Below are positions 8,772 to 17,070 of a DNA stretch of 30,649 bases, in pieces. The notes under the pieces were generated by a model. That model was not told the origin of the DNA. It saw only the letters and a list, made by a program, of their open reading frames with translations, and made no database searches. Position 1 is the stretch's first letter. Each line of letters begins with the position of its first letter. A program made the position numbers and the translations under genes. Source of the stretch: a virus (Duplodnaviria > Caudoviricetes); the IMG/VR virus record IMGVR_UViG_3300016674_000080, positions 1-30,649 of that record; one strand, given 5' to 3'.

Positions 8772-9528
8772 TTAAACCAGGTCGGCGACGCCGTAGAACT
8801 CGGCCTCGGCGGCTTCCAGTCGGTTGCGCGAAATCTCGGCATAGGCCGCCTCGCGCTCGATGCCCACGAATCGACGGCCGGAAAGGACTGCAGCGACCCC
8901 TGTTGTGCCGCTGCCGGCGAACGGGTCGAGCACTACCCCCCCCTGGTAGAACGGGGCGCACCAGTTCGCGCATGAGCGCGGTCGGCTTGCCGGTCATGTG
9001 GTGTTTGTCGTCGCGCTTGACCACGGCCTGAATGCAGCCATCGAAGGGGCCGTCGTGCTCCAACTGGATGGCGGCGCCCTTGGTGCCCCACACCACGTAC
9101 TCGCACTGGTGCCGGAAATAGCCTTTATGCGGTGCGCGCGAGCCCCGGCCCTTGTCCCAGGCCACGATGCCGCGCCAGAACACGCCACCGGCCTGCACCG
9201 CGTCGGTCATGACCGGCAACTGGCGCCAGTCGGTGAAGGCCATGAAGTAGCCGCCCGGCTTGAGGACGCGCACGCACTCGGCGATCCACAACGAGCACCA
9301 GGTCAGGTAGCTGCGCTGATCGCGCGAGTCGCCCGAGAAGGTCGGGTACCGGCCTTGCGATTGGCTTTGCGTATATTTCGCGTCGGGGTCTTTGCCCTTG
9401 TCGTCACGGGAAAATCCGCCGCTGCTGTAGGGCGGGTCGGTGATGATGGCGTCGATGCTTTCGTCCGCCATGGCGTGCAGTGCAGGAAGGCACTCGCCTT
9501 GAATCAGTTGCCAGGGTCTTGTCATCAT
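8772..9528 (-). pseudogene. Beta-class N6A/N4C DNA methyltransferase frameshifted at a G8 tract (probable phase-variable OFF state)
   Basis: Catalytic TDPPY is in the first frame. After the C8 run at 8936-8943 the SAM-binding [11 protein letters not shown]...FVGIE lies in another frame ending TAA at 8772-8774. Removing one G restores a full-length enzyme. Confidence 0.88.
8936..8943 (-). repeat. G8 homopolymer (slippage tract)
   Basis: Plus strand cactaCCCCCCCCtgg; coincides with the frameshift. Confidence 0.9.
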
Positions 9529-9746
9529 TGCGCCACCTGGAACTCATCGAGATTGAGCACCAGGTGGCGCAGCTTTTCGACCACGCTGTAGCGCGGGTCT
9601 TTGTGGCGGCCGCTCAGGATGCGGCTGACTGTCGGCTGTGTCGCGTCGATGGCGTCGGCAATCTCGCCTTGCGACCAGCCGGCCCGAATCAGTGTGCACA
9701 CCAGCTCGTCCGGCTTCTGTGTGTAGGCTGTAGGGATGGTAGGCAT
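9525..9746 (-). CDS. cro: Cro-like XRE HTH regulator
   Basis: 73 aa, GWSQGEIADAIDATQPTVSRILSG HTH; divergent from cI. Confidence 0.85.
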   Translation of the reverse strand: MPTIPTAYTQKPDELVCTLIRAGWSQGEIADAIDATQPTVSRILSGRHKDPRYSVVEKLRHLVLNLDEFQVAQ

Positions 9747-9748
9747 TT

Positions 9749-9853
9749 AATACAACTCCGTATAGGAAAGACCGTAGCAGTTTATACGTAATCGCATTGC
9801 ACAACAATACCCAAACGCATGGGCTTGCGTTAATCTATGCGGCGGCGTATATT
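9749..9853. promoter_or_regulatory. cro/cI switch: four 16-bp operators and divergent sigma70 promoters
   Basis: AATACA-N4-CGTATA 9749, TATACG-N4-CGCATT 9783, AATACC-N4-CGCATG 9806, TATGCG-N4-CGTATA 9836. Rightward TTGCGT-N17-TATATT (9825-9853); leftward TTGTTG-N17-TAAACT (9807-9779). Confidence 0.78.
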
Positions 9854-9860
9854 TCAACGC

Positions 9861-10583
9861 ATGAACCAACTGCGCCGAAACCTCGCCTACTTAATTGCCA
9901 AGCACGGGATCAATCCCACCGTGCTGGCAAAGGCCACGGGCGTGCAGCAGCCGACCATTCACCGCATTCTCAAGGGTGAAAGTGAAGACCCGCGCACCGC
10001 CACTGTTCAACCGCTCGCCGACTATTTCGGCGTGACAGTGGAGTACATGCGCACAGGCGACATCGAGGGCAGCGACATCGTGGGCGAACGCATGGTCAAA
10101 GACGCCAGTGTCCTGGCCCTGCACCCCGAGGACACGACGCCTAGCGATAGCATCCAGGTGAAGGAGTACCGGGTGAGTTTCAGCGCAGGCAACGGCCACC
10201 AGGCCACCTATGACGTGATCGAGGAAAGCGAGCCCGCCACCTACCGGCTGTCCTGGTTCCACAAGACCGGCATCAAGCCCAAGAACGCGCGCCGCTTCAA
10301 GGTTGTAGGCGACAGCATGGAGCCCTTCCTGTTCGCGGGAGACTCGGTGCTCATCGACACGGGCGAAACCGACCCGACCCGCATCATTGATGGCAAGGTC
10401 TACGCGATCCGCTACGGCAACGACCTGCGCGTCAAGCGGCTATTCCGCCGCCTCGACGGCACCCTGATACTGCGCAGCGACAATCCCGCCTATAAGGACG
10501 AGGAAGTGCCGCCCGAACTGGCCGAGGAACACATCAGCATCCTGGGCCGCGTGCGCGACAAGAGCGGCGCGGGCGGCCTGTAA
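9861..10583 (+). CDS. cI: CI-like repressor (XRE HTH plus S24 autopeptidase)
   Basis: HTH LAKATGVQQPTIHRILKG; SAGNG cleavage site; VVGDSMEP Ser and VKRL Lys. ATG 9861 is 7 nt after the -10 box, suggesting a leaderless mRNA. Confidence 0.93.
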   Translation: MNQLRRNLAYLIAKHGINPTVLAKATGVQQPTIHRILKGESEDPRTATVQPLADYFGVTVEYMRTGDIEGSDIVGERMVKDASVLALHPEDTTPSDSIQVKEYRVSFSAGNGHQATYDVIEESEPATYRLSWFHKTGIKPKNARRFKVVGDSMEPFLFAGDSVLIDTGETDPTRIIDGKVYAIRYGNDLRVKRLFRRLDGTLILRSDNPAYKDEEVPPELAEEHISILGRVRDKSGAGGL

Positions 10584-10612
10584 CGCCCAGCAAATAACCC
10601 CACCTCTTCAAT

Positions 10613-10641
10613 AGGCCCGCAATTCGCGGGCCTTTTCGTTT
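10613..10641 (+). terminator. Rho-independent terminator after cI
   Basis: AGGCCCGC-AATTC-GCGGGCCT followed by TTTCGTTT. Confidence 0.8.
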
Positions 10642-10651
10642 CGCCTCAAAT

Positions 10652-10707
10652 TATGCGTTTCCGTATTGACTATGTCAATACCGCCGCGCATAATGCGTTT
10701 AAGTATT
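10652..10707 (+). promoter_or_regulatory. Early promoter overlapped by three operators
   Basis: TTGACT(10666)-N17-CATAAT(10689). Operators TATGCG-N4-CGTATT 10652, AATACC-N4-CGCATA 10677, AATGCG-N4-AGTATT 10692. Confidence 0.8.
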
Positions 10708-10729
10708 AACAATGCGAAAGGACGAAACG

Positions 10730-10867
10730 ATGAGCGCTTCCCCCCTGATTCCCGGTCGCCTGTACCGCGTGCGCGGTTCCGGCCTCGACCTGGAAGTCGT
10801 TGCGTCGCACCCCTGCGACGCGCTCTGCATCGGCCTCGATCTGCTGTTCGGGGCTGCCGCATGCTGA
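10730..10867 (+). CDS. Small early hypothetical protein (45 aa)
   Basis: Below the ORF-track cutoff: MSASPLIPGRLYRVRGSGLDLEVVASHPCDALCIGLDLLFGAAAC; AAAGGA RBS; stop overlaps the next start. Confidence 0.65.
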   Translation: MSASPLIPGRLYRVRGSGLDLEVVASHPCDALCIGLDLLFGAAAC

Positions 10868-11256
10868 CCGCCCAACTCATGAAGTCGATGGACGCCGGCC
10901 ACCTGGTCGCCTCGGCCCGCGCAGAAATCGACCCGCTGACCAGCACGCCGCTGGAACTCGAACTGCTCGACCGGCTGGAAACCCTGCTCGACGAGCAGGA
11001 AGAAAACAAGCCCATCGCCGAACTGCTCGACGAGTACGAGGTGAGCACCGACGACATGAAGGCCGTCATCGAGTCACACCCCGCCAGCCTGAAAGACCAG
11101 GCCGCGCTGCTCTCCCTGCTCAACGACCAAGACATCCACGAGCCCGACCAGTTGAAAGAACTGCTCGAGTTCGCCGCGAAGTTCCGCGCCCTGGCATCCG
11201 ACGCCGGGGATTTATTCACCCGCCTGAACGACCTCGTATCCACCAACCAGGAGTAA
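10861..11256 (+). CDS. Acidic early hypothetical protein (131 aa)
   Basis: MLTAQLMKSMD...; about 29 D/E versus 10 K/R by hand count. Confidence 0.75.
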   Translation: MLTAQLMKSMDAGHLVASARAEIDPLTSTPLELELLDRLETLLDEQEENKPIAELLDEYEVSTDDMKAVIESHPASLKDQAALLSLLNDQDIHEPDQLKELLEFAAKFRALASDAGDLFTRLNDLVSTNQE

Positions 11257-11261
11257 CCACC

Positions 11262-11744
11262 ATGAGCCTTGAAGCAACCATCCAGGAGAACACGAACGCC
11301 ATCCGCGAACTCATCGCGGCCATCAAAGCCGGCGTGCCCACAACCGCCGCCCAGGTCGCGGCCGTCGTGACCGAAGCCAAGACCACCCCCTGCGCCGGCC
11401 ACGATGCCGAAACCGCGAAGGAAGAAGGCAAGCCCGAGAAGGAAACCACCGCAAAAAAGACCACTGCTGCGGCGACGGAAGCCGCTGCCAGTACCCAGTC
11501 TACTGCCGAGGCGGGGGCGGGCGCTGCGCAAGAGAAGAAGGCCGACAACTCCGAGGCGAGCAATAAGGCGGCCGAAGTGCCGGCCTACACCACCGTGGTG
11601 AGCGCGATCAACAAGCTGGCCCAGGGCAAGGGCCGCGACGCCGCTGTCGCCGTCCTCTCCAAGTTCGGCGTTACCCGTGGCCCGGAACTCAAGCCCGAGC
11701 AGTACGCCGCTGTCATCGCCGAGTGTGAAACCGCTGGGGCCTAA
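11262..11744 (+). CDS. Conserved phage protein with A/E/K/T-rich linker
   Basis: MSLEATIQENTNAIRELIAAI...GRDAAVAVLSKFG...ELKPEQYAAV; AGGAG RBS; usual position upstream of DUF2800. Confidence 0.8.
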   Translation: MSLEATIQENTNAIRELIAAIKAGVPTTAAQVAAVVTEAKTTPCAGHDAETAKEEGKPEKETTAKKTTAAATEAAASTQSTAEAGAGAAQEKKADNSEASNKAAEVPAYTTVVSAINKLAQGKGRDAAVAVLSKFGVTRGPELKPEQYAAVIAECETAGA

Positions 11745-11747
11745 ACC

Positions 11748-12989
11748 ATGAGCGAGCACGCCAAACTCTCACCCAGCAGCGCACACCGCTGGCTGCACTG
11801 CCCCGGCAGCGTGGCCCTTGAGGCCACGTGCCCGGACGATTCCAGCGACTTCGCCGACGAAGGCACGGCCGCGCACGAACTGGCCGCCATGGCACTGGCA
11901 AACGGCAACGACGCCGTCGCCTACCTGGGCCGCGTCATCCAGGTGAATGGCAAGGGCTGGGAAGTCACCGACGACATGGCCGGCCACGTGCAGAAGTACC
12001 TCACCTACGTGCGCAGCATCGGCGGCGAGTTGATGGTCGAGCAGCGCTTGAGCATCGAGGCCATCACCAAGGAGCCCGGCGCCAAGGGCACGTCCGACGC
12101 GGTCATCCTGGCCGGCGAGGAACTGGTCATCGTCGATTTGAAGTATGGCCGGGGCGTCAAGGTCGATGCCGACGAGAACGAGCAGTTGCAGATTTACGCG
12201 CTGGCCGCCCTCGGCGAGTTCGAGTTCCTGGGCGACTTCCAGCGCGTGCGCATGGTCATCGTGCAGCCCCGCCTCGACCACATCGACGAGTGGGATTGCA
12301 CGGTCGAGGCCCTGCGCGAGTTCGGCCAGACGGTCGGGCGCGGTGCCGACCGCTGCTTCGCTGCTCTCGAATACCACGGCAACTATGCCGAACTGCACGC
12401 GAAGTACCTCAATCCCGGCAACGATCAATGCCGCTTCTGCAAGGCCAAGGCGATCTGCCCGACGCTGACCCAGCATGTGCTTTCCACCGTGGCCGACGAT
12501 TTCGTCGATGTCAGCAAGCCGGTGGCCCCACAACTTGAGCACGCCGCCGAGCGCACCTTCGACAACGCCACCCTGGGCAACCTGTTGGGCGCGGCCGACT
12601 TGATCGAGGGCTGGTGCAAGGCCATCCGCGCGAAGGCCGAGGCCGAGTTGCTGGCCGGCCATCCGGTGCCTGGCTACAAGCTGGTGGAAGGTCGGCGCGG
12701 TTCCCGCCGCTGGACGAACGACGCCGAGGTCGAGCAGACCATGAAGTCCATGCGCATGAAGCTGGAAGAAATGTACGACTTCTCGCTGATTTCGCCGACC
12801 ACCGCCGAGAAGCTGCACAAGTCCGGCGCCATCGGCCCGCGCCAGTGGCCGAAGTTGCAGGGCCTCATTACCCAATCCGAAGGCAAGCCCAGCGTGGCAC
12901 CGGCCGCAGACAAGCGCCCCGCGCTGGTCATCCAGGCCACCGCCGACGAGTTCGCCGACGTGACCGAGAGCGTGGAGGACTTGGTGTGA
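11748..12989 (+). CDS. DUF2800 PD-(D/E)XK (Cas4-like) exonuclease
   Basis: [52 protein letters not shown]. Confidence 0.9.
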   Translation: MSEHAKLSPSSAHRWLHCPGSVALEATCPDDSSDFADEGTAAHELAAMALANGNDAVAYLGRVIQVNGKGWEVTDDMAGHVQKYLTYVRSIGGELMVEQRLSIEAITKEPGAKGTSDAVILAGEELVIVDLKYGRGVKVDADENEQLQIYALAALGEFEFLGDFQRVRMVIVQPRLDHIDEWDCTVEALREFGQTVGRGADRCFAALEYHGNYAELHAKYLNPGNDQCRFCKAKAICPTLTQHVLSTVADDFVDVSKPVAPQLEHAAERTFDNATLGNLLGAADLIEGWCKAIRAKAEAELLAGHPVPGYKLVEGRRGSRRWTNDAEVEQTMKSMRMKLEEMYDFSLISPTTAEKLHKSGAIGPRQWPKLQGLITQSEGKPSVAPAADKRPALVIQATADEFADVTESVEDLV

Positions 12990-13153
12990 AGAACCAGCCG
13001 CCTGCCACGACGTTGCCCACCGACGCCGCAAAGCTGCTCAAGCAGGCGGCACAAACCCCCATCACGCGGGCCGACCCGCTCGCGCGTGTGAAAGCCATCG
13101 ACAAAGCCACCGAGCGGGTCAAGCGTCAGTACCCCCAATTTTTTAAGGAGTGA
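12986..13153 (+). CDS. Small hypothetical protein (55 aa)
   Basis: GTG start overlapping the upstream TGA, GGAGG RBS; MKNQPPATT...YPQFFKE. Confidence 0.65.
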   Translation: MKNQPPATTLPTDAAKLLKQAAQTPITRADPLARVKAIDKATERVKRQYPQFFKE

Positions 13154-13159
13154 TCCACC

Positions 13160-13708
13160 ATGAAACTGAAACTCAACAACGTGCGCCTGGCCTTCCCGGT
13201 GCTGTTCGAAGCCAAAACCGTGAATGGCGAAGGCAAGCCGGCGTTTTCCGCTTCCTTCCTCATCGACCCCGCCGACCCGCAAGTGAAGGCCCTCAACCAG
13301 GCCATCGAGCAGGTGGCGAACGAGAAGTGGGGCGCGAAGGCGGCCGCCATCCTCAAGCAGATGCGCGCCACCGACAAGGTGGCCCTGCACGACGGCGACC
13401 TCAAGTCCAACTATGACGGCTTCCCCGGCAACCTGTACGTGTCCGCACGCAGCACCACCCGGCCGCTGGTCATCAACAACGACAAGAGCCCGCTCACCGA
13501 GCAGGACGGCAGGCCCTACGCCGGCTGCTACGTCAACGCCAGCATCGAACTGTGGGCGCAGGACAACAACTACGGCAAGCGCGTGAATGCCAGCCTGCGC
13601 GGCGTGCAATTCCTGCGCGACGGCGACGCCTTTGCCGGTGGCGGTGCCGCGAGCGAGGACGAGTTCGACGACATCAGCCAAGGCGCCACCGCCGACGACC
13701 TGGTGTAA
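13160..13708 (+). CDS. DUF2815 single-stranded DNA-binding protein (T7 gp2.5-like)
   Basis: NVRLAFP, YAGCYVNA, LRGVQFLRDGDAF, acidic C-terminal tail. Confidence 0.9.
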   Translation: MKLKLNNVRLAFPVLFEAKTVNGEGKPAFSASFLIDPADPQVKALNQAIEQVANEKWGAKAAAILKQMRATDKVALHDGDLKSNYDGFPGNLYVSARSTTRPLVINNDKSPLTEQDGRPYAGCYVNASIELWAQDNNYGKRVNASLRGVQFLRDGDAFAGGGAASEDEFDDISQGATADDLV

Positions 13709-13713
13709 CCCCG

Positions 13714-13803
13714 GCGCGCCGGCCTTCGGGCCGGGCGCTTTGTTGCTGGTGTTCGGCCCCTGGGCGTTACCGGGGGAGCGCACCGAGCACCAGCAGCAAA
13801 GCG
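13714..13803 (+). other. Structured intergenic RNA: UUCG hairpin followed by a 21-bp stem enclosing a 7-bp hairpin
   Basis: CCGGCC-TTCG-GGCCGG; 13736-13756 pairs with 13783-13803 (two G-U); inner CCCCTGG/CCGGGGG (one G-U). Confidence 0.65.
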
Positions 13804-13818
13804 AACACGGAAAAGAAC

Positions 13819-15990
13819 ATGACGACCCTTTGGCTTGACCTCGAAACCTACAGCGCGGTGCCCATCACCAACGGCACGCACGCCTATGCAGAAGGCGCGG
13901 AAATCATGCTTTTCGCCTACGCCCTCGACGACGGCCCGGTGAAAGTGTGGGACTGCACCATGGGCGAGAAAGCCCCGGAAGAACTGCGCCGCGCGTTGCG
14001 TGATCCTTCGGTGCTTCTGTACGCGCACAACTCCCACTTCGACCGCACCGTCCTGCGCCATTGCGTGCCCGAACTGGTGGGCGACATTCGCCGCTGGCGC
14101 GACACCATGGTCAAGGCCCTGGCCCATTCGCTGCCGGGCTCGTTGGGCGATCTGTGCGACATCCTCAAGGTGCCCACCGACAAAGCCAAAGACAAGGCAG
14201 GCCGCCAGTTGATTCAACTGTTCTGCAAGCCGCGCCCAGCCACCAGCAAGGTGCGACGCGCGACGCGCGAAACACACCCCGCCGAGTGGGCCAAGTTTGT
14301 GGAATACGCCGGGCTCGACATCGAGGCCATGCGCGAGGTCGACAAGAAGCTTCCGGCCTGGAATTTCCAGGGCGAGGAACTGGCCTTGTGGCACCTCGAC
14401 CAGGCGATCAACGACCGGGGCGTCAAGGTCGACACCGAACTGGCGCACGCCGCCATCCGCGCCGTGGAGCGCGCGCAGAAGGTGCTCGCCGCCCGCACTC
14501 ACGAACTGACCGAGGGCGCGGTGCAGGCGGCCACCCAGCGCGATGCGCTGCTGCGCCACCTGGTCGCGGCCTATGGCATCGAACTGCCGGACATGCAGCA
14601 GAGCACGCTGGAACGGCGCATTGCCGACCCCGACCTGCCGGCCGAGTTGCGCGAACTGCTTGCTATCCGCTTGCAGGCCAGCACCACCAGCACCAGCAAG
14701 TACAAGACCCTCGCCAAGGCGGTGAGCAGCGACGGCCGCCTGCGCGGCACGCTGCAATTCAACGGCGCCAGCCGCACCGGCCGCTGGGCCGGCCGCCTGT
14801 TCCAGCCCCAAAACCTGCCACGCCCCGTGCTCAAACAGGCCGCCATCGACCAGGGCATCGAAGCCCTGAAAGCAGATTGCGAGGATCTGCTGTTCGGCAA
14901 CGTCATGGAACTGACCAGCAGCGCCATTCGCGGGGCCATCATCGCCCCCGAGGGCAAGAAGTCGGTGGTCGCCGACCTCTCCAACATCGAAGGCCGAGTG
15001 CTCGCCTGGCTGGCCGGCGAGGAATGGAAGCTGCAAGCCTTCCGCGACTTCGATACCTGCAAGGGCCTGGACGGAAAGTGGCACACCGGCACGGCCCTGA
15101 CCCATGCCGCGCTGACCGGCCAGCCCATCGCCCTGGAACTGGACGCGAAGGGCGAGCCCACCCGCATGGGCCACGACCTCTACAAGCTGGCCTATGCCAA
15201 GTCGTTCAGCATCAAGCCCGAGGCTGTGACCAAGGACAACCGGCAGGTCGGCAAGGTGCAGGAACTCGCCCTCGGCTATGAAGGCGGCGTCGGTGCTTTC
15301 CTCACGTTCGCGGCCGCCTACGGCATTGACCTCGAAGCCATGGGCGAGCAGGCCATCGAATCTATCCCGCAGCCCATCCTCAACGAGGCCAACAGCGCGC
15401 TGGCCTGGACGAAGCTCAACAAGCGCCCAACGTTCGGCCTGTCCGACCGCGCCTGGCTGGTGTGCGACTCGTTCAAGCGCGCGTGGCGCTACGGCCACCC
15501 GGCCATCGCCTCATTCTGGAAAGAGTTGCAGGAAGCCGCCGTGCTCGCCGTGCAGCGGCCCGGCGTGACCTTCACCTGCCGCATGCTCAAGCTGCGCCGT
15601 GACGGCGCCTGGCTTCGCATCCGCCTGCCGTCCGGCCGGTTCCTTTGCTACCCGAGCCCCCAGGTGGATGAAACCGGGAAGCTCTCGTACATGGGCATCA
15701 ACCAGTACAGCCGCAAGTGGTGCCGACTGAAAACCTACGGCGGCAAGCTGGCCGAGAACGTGACCCAGGCCGCCAGCCGTGACGTGCTCGCCGGGAACAT
15801 GCCGGCCATCGAGTCGGCCGGCTACCAGATCGTCCTCTCGGTGCATGACGAAAACATCACCGAAGCCGACGACCGCGACGAATTCAACGCCGGCCACCTG
15901 GCTGGGCTGATGGCTACCACCCCCACCTGGGCCGAGGGCCTGCCGCTCGCAGCGGCCGGCTTTGAAGCCTATCGCTACCGGAAGGACTGA
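13819..15990 (+). CDS. Family A DNA polymerase with 3'-5' exonuclease
   Basis: Exo I WLDLETYS, Exo II AHNSHFD, RTGRW, motif A ADLSNIEGR, motif B RQVGKVQELALGYEG, motif C SVHDE. Confidence 0.95.
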   Translation: MTTLWLDLETYSAVPITNGTHAYAEGAEIMLFAYALDDGPVKVWDCTMGEKAPEELRRALRDPSVLLYAHNSHFDRTVLRHCVPELVGDIRRWRDTMVKALAHSLPGSLGDLCDILKVPTDKAKDKAGRQLIQLFCKPRPATSKVRRATRETHPAEWAKFVEYAGLDIEAMREVDKKLPAWNFQGEELALWHLDQAINDRGVKVDTELAHAAIRAVERAQKVLAARTHELTEGAVQAATQRDALLRHLVAAYGIELPDMQQSTLERRIADPDLPAELRELLAIRLQASTTSTSKYKTLAKAVSSDGRLRGTLQFNGASRTGRWAGRLFQPQNLPRPVLKQAAIDQGIEALKADCEDLLFGNVMELTSSAIRGAIIAPEGKKSVVADLSNIEGRVLAWLAGEEWKLQAFRDFDTCKGLDGKWHTGTALTHAALTGQPIALELDAKGEPTRMGHDLYKLAYAKSFSIKPEAVTKDNRQVGKVQELALGYEGGVGAFLTFAAAYGIDLEAMGEQAIESIPQPILNEANSALAWTKLNKRPTFGLSDRAWLVCDSFKRAWRYGHPAIASFWKELQEAAVLAVQRPGVTFTCRMLKLRRDGAWLRIRLPSGRFLCYPSPQVDETGKLSYMGINQYSRKWCRLKTYGGKLAENVTQAASRDVLAGNMPAIESAGYQIVLSVHDENITEADDRDEFNAGHLAGLMATTPTWAEGLPLAAAGFEAYRYRKD

Positions 15991-15993
15991 CCC

Positions 15994-16095
15994 ATGAACA
16001 GAATCCTGATTGCATTGCGCCTGTTCGGCTTGTACCGCCGCGCCGGCAATTCCGTGCGCTACGCCGCGTGCCGTGCCTGGGAGGTATCGGCATGA
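15994..16095 (+). CDS. Tiny basic hypothetical protein (33 aa)
   Basis: MNRILIALRLFGLYRRAGNSVRYAACRAWEVSA; fills the gap exactly, with ATGA overlap into VRR-NUC. Confidence 0.55.
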   Translation: MNRILIALRLFGLYRRAGNSVRYAACRAWEVSA

Positions 16096-16358
16096 CCCGC
16101 GAAAGCACCATCGAGCAATACCTGGTCGAGCAGGTCAAGGCCAAGGGTGGCGAAGTCCGCAAGGTGAAGTGGATCGGCCGCAACGGCGCGCCCGACCGCA
16201 TCGCCATGCTGCCCGACCGCACCGTTTGGGTGGAACTCAAGGCGCCCGGCGAGAAGTGCCGGCCCCATCAAATCCGCGAGCACGAGCGCATGCGCCGCAT
16301 GGGCCAGCGCGTCGAGGTCGTCGATTCGTTCGAAGGTGTCGACGAGGTGCTGGCATGA
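16092..16358 (+). CDS. VRR-NUC domain nuclease
   Basis: ESTIE, GAPDR, WVELKAPG, HQ motifs; GGAGG RBS. Confidence 0.9.
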   Translation: MTRESTIEQYLVEQVKAKGGEVRKVKWIGRNGAPDRIAMLPDRTVWVELKAPGEKCRPHQIREHERMRRMGQRVEVVDSFEGVDEVLA

Positions 16359-16795
16359 GCAAGTGGGATCGTCGCATGTTGGGCCTGGTGAATCTGGTCG
16401 CCACATGGAGCAAAGACCCGAGCACGGGCGTGGGCGCCGTGATCGTCGATAGCAAGAACCGCATTGTGTCGGTCGGCTTCAACGGCTTCCCGCGCGCGGT
16501 TTGCGATTCGGACGAGGCCCTGTTCGACCGCGACGAGAAGCTGCGCCGCACCATCCACGCCGAGGAAAACGCGCTGCTGTTCGCCGGCCGGTCGGTCGAG
16601 GGCTGCACCATCTACGTGACTCACCCGCCGTGCGCACGCTGCGCGGCGAAGCTGATCCAGTCGGGCATCGCCCGCGTGGTGGCGCAGATGCCTGCCGAGG
16701 GCTTCGGCGAGCGCTGGGCCGACGACATGCGCAGCGCCACGGCCATGTTCCTGGAAGCCGGCGTCGGCTTCGAATACTTGGAGCCCCAGCAATGA
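16355..16795 (+). CDS. dCMP deaminase
   Basis: WSKDPST-VGAVI, GFNGFP, HAEENA, PCARC zinc motifs. Confidence 0.92.
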   Translation: MSKWDRRMLGLVNLVATWSKDPSTGVGAVIVDSKNRIVSVGFNGFPRAVCDSDEALFDRDEKLRRTIHAEENALLFAGRSVEGCTIYVTHPPCARCAAKLIQSGIARVVAQMPAEGFGERWADDMRSATAMFLEAGVGFEYLEPQQ

Positions 16796-17070
16796 GCAAC
16801 GTCGACCAGCACCTTGACGCTGTGCTTCGCGCTGCCGGCTCGGGGTTGCGTTATTACTCGATGCAGAAAACGCTCGACGAAATGCGGGCTGCAATGGGCG
16901 CGGCCCTACGCGCAGCAGCAGAAGCCGAGCGAGAAGCGTGTGCAGCGCTGTGCGACAGCAAGGTGATGGCGCTCGACCACGGCGGCAAAGAATACTATCG
17001 GCCGGCGCCTGCCGACCAGTGCGCGGCAGCGATCCGGGCACGAGGAAACAGCGCCGAGGGCTTGGTATGA
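16792..17070 (+). CDS. Hypothetical phage protein (92 aa)
   Basis: Translationally coupled on both sides; AEREACA...CAAAIRAR motif. Confidence 0.7.
   Translation: MSNVDQHLDAVLRAAGSGLRYYSMQKTLDEMRAAMGAALRAAAEAEREACAALCDSKVMALDHGGKEYYRPAPADQCAAAIRARGNSAEGLV

Noticed and set aside
8758-8935. Arg-rich C-terminus of the 256-aa methyltransferase ORF as a real domain
   Set aside because: Out-of-frame read-through after the G8 tract; the conserved motif I lies in the other frame.
4771-9528. Restriction-modification system (GIY-YIG plus MTases)
   Set aside because: The nuclease is separated from the MTases by the primase and differs in composition; orphan MTases plus a homing-type nuclease is simpler.
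11748-12989. Cas4-like nuclease as evidence of CRISPR-Cas
   Set aside because: It is the usual DUF2800 replication-module nuclease; no repeat-spacer array or other cas genes are present.
13552-13818. N-terminal extensions given by the ORF track (polymerase here; also primase, cI, helicase, GNAT, holin, dCMP deaminase)
   Set aside because: They overlap upstream genes or regulatory DNA; downstream starts have RBS, stop-start coupling or conserved N-termini.
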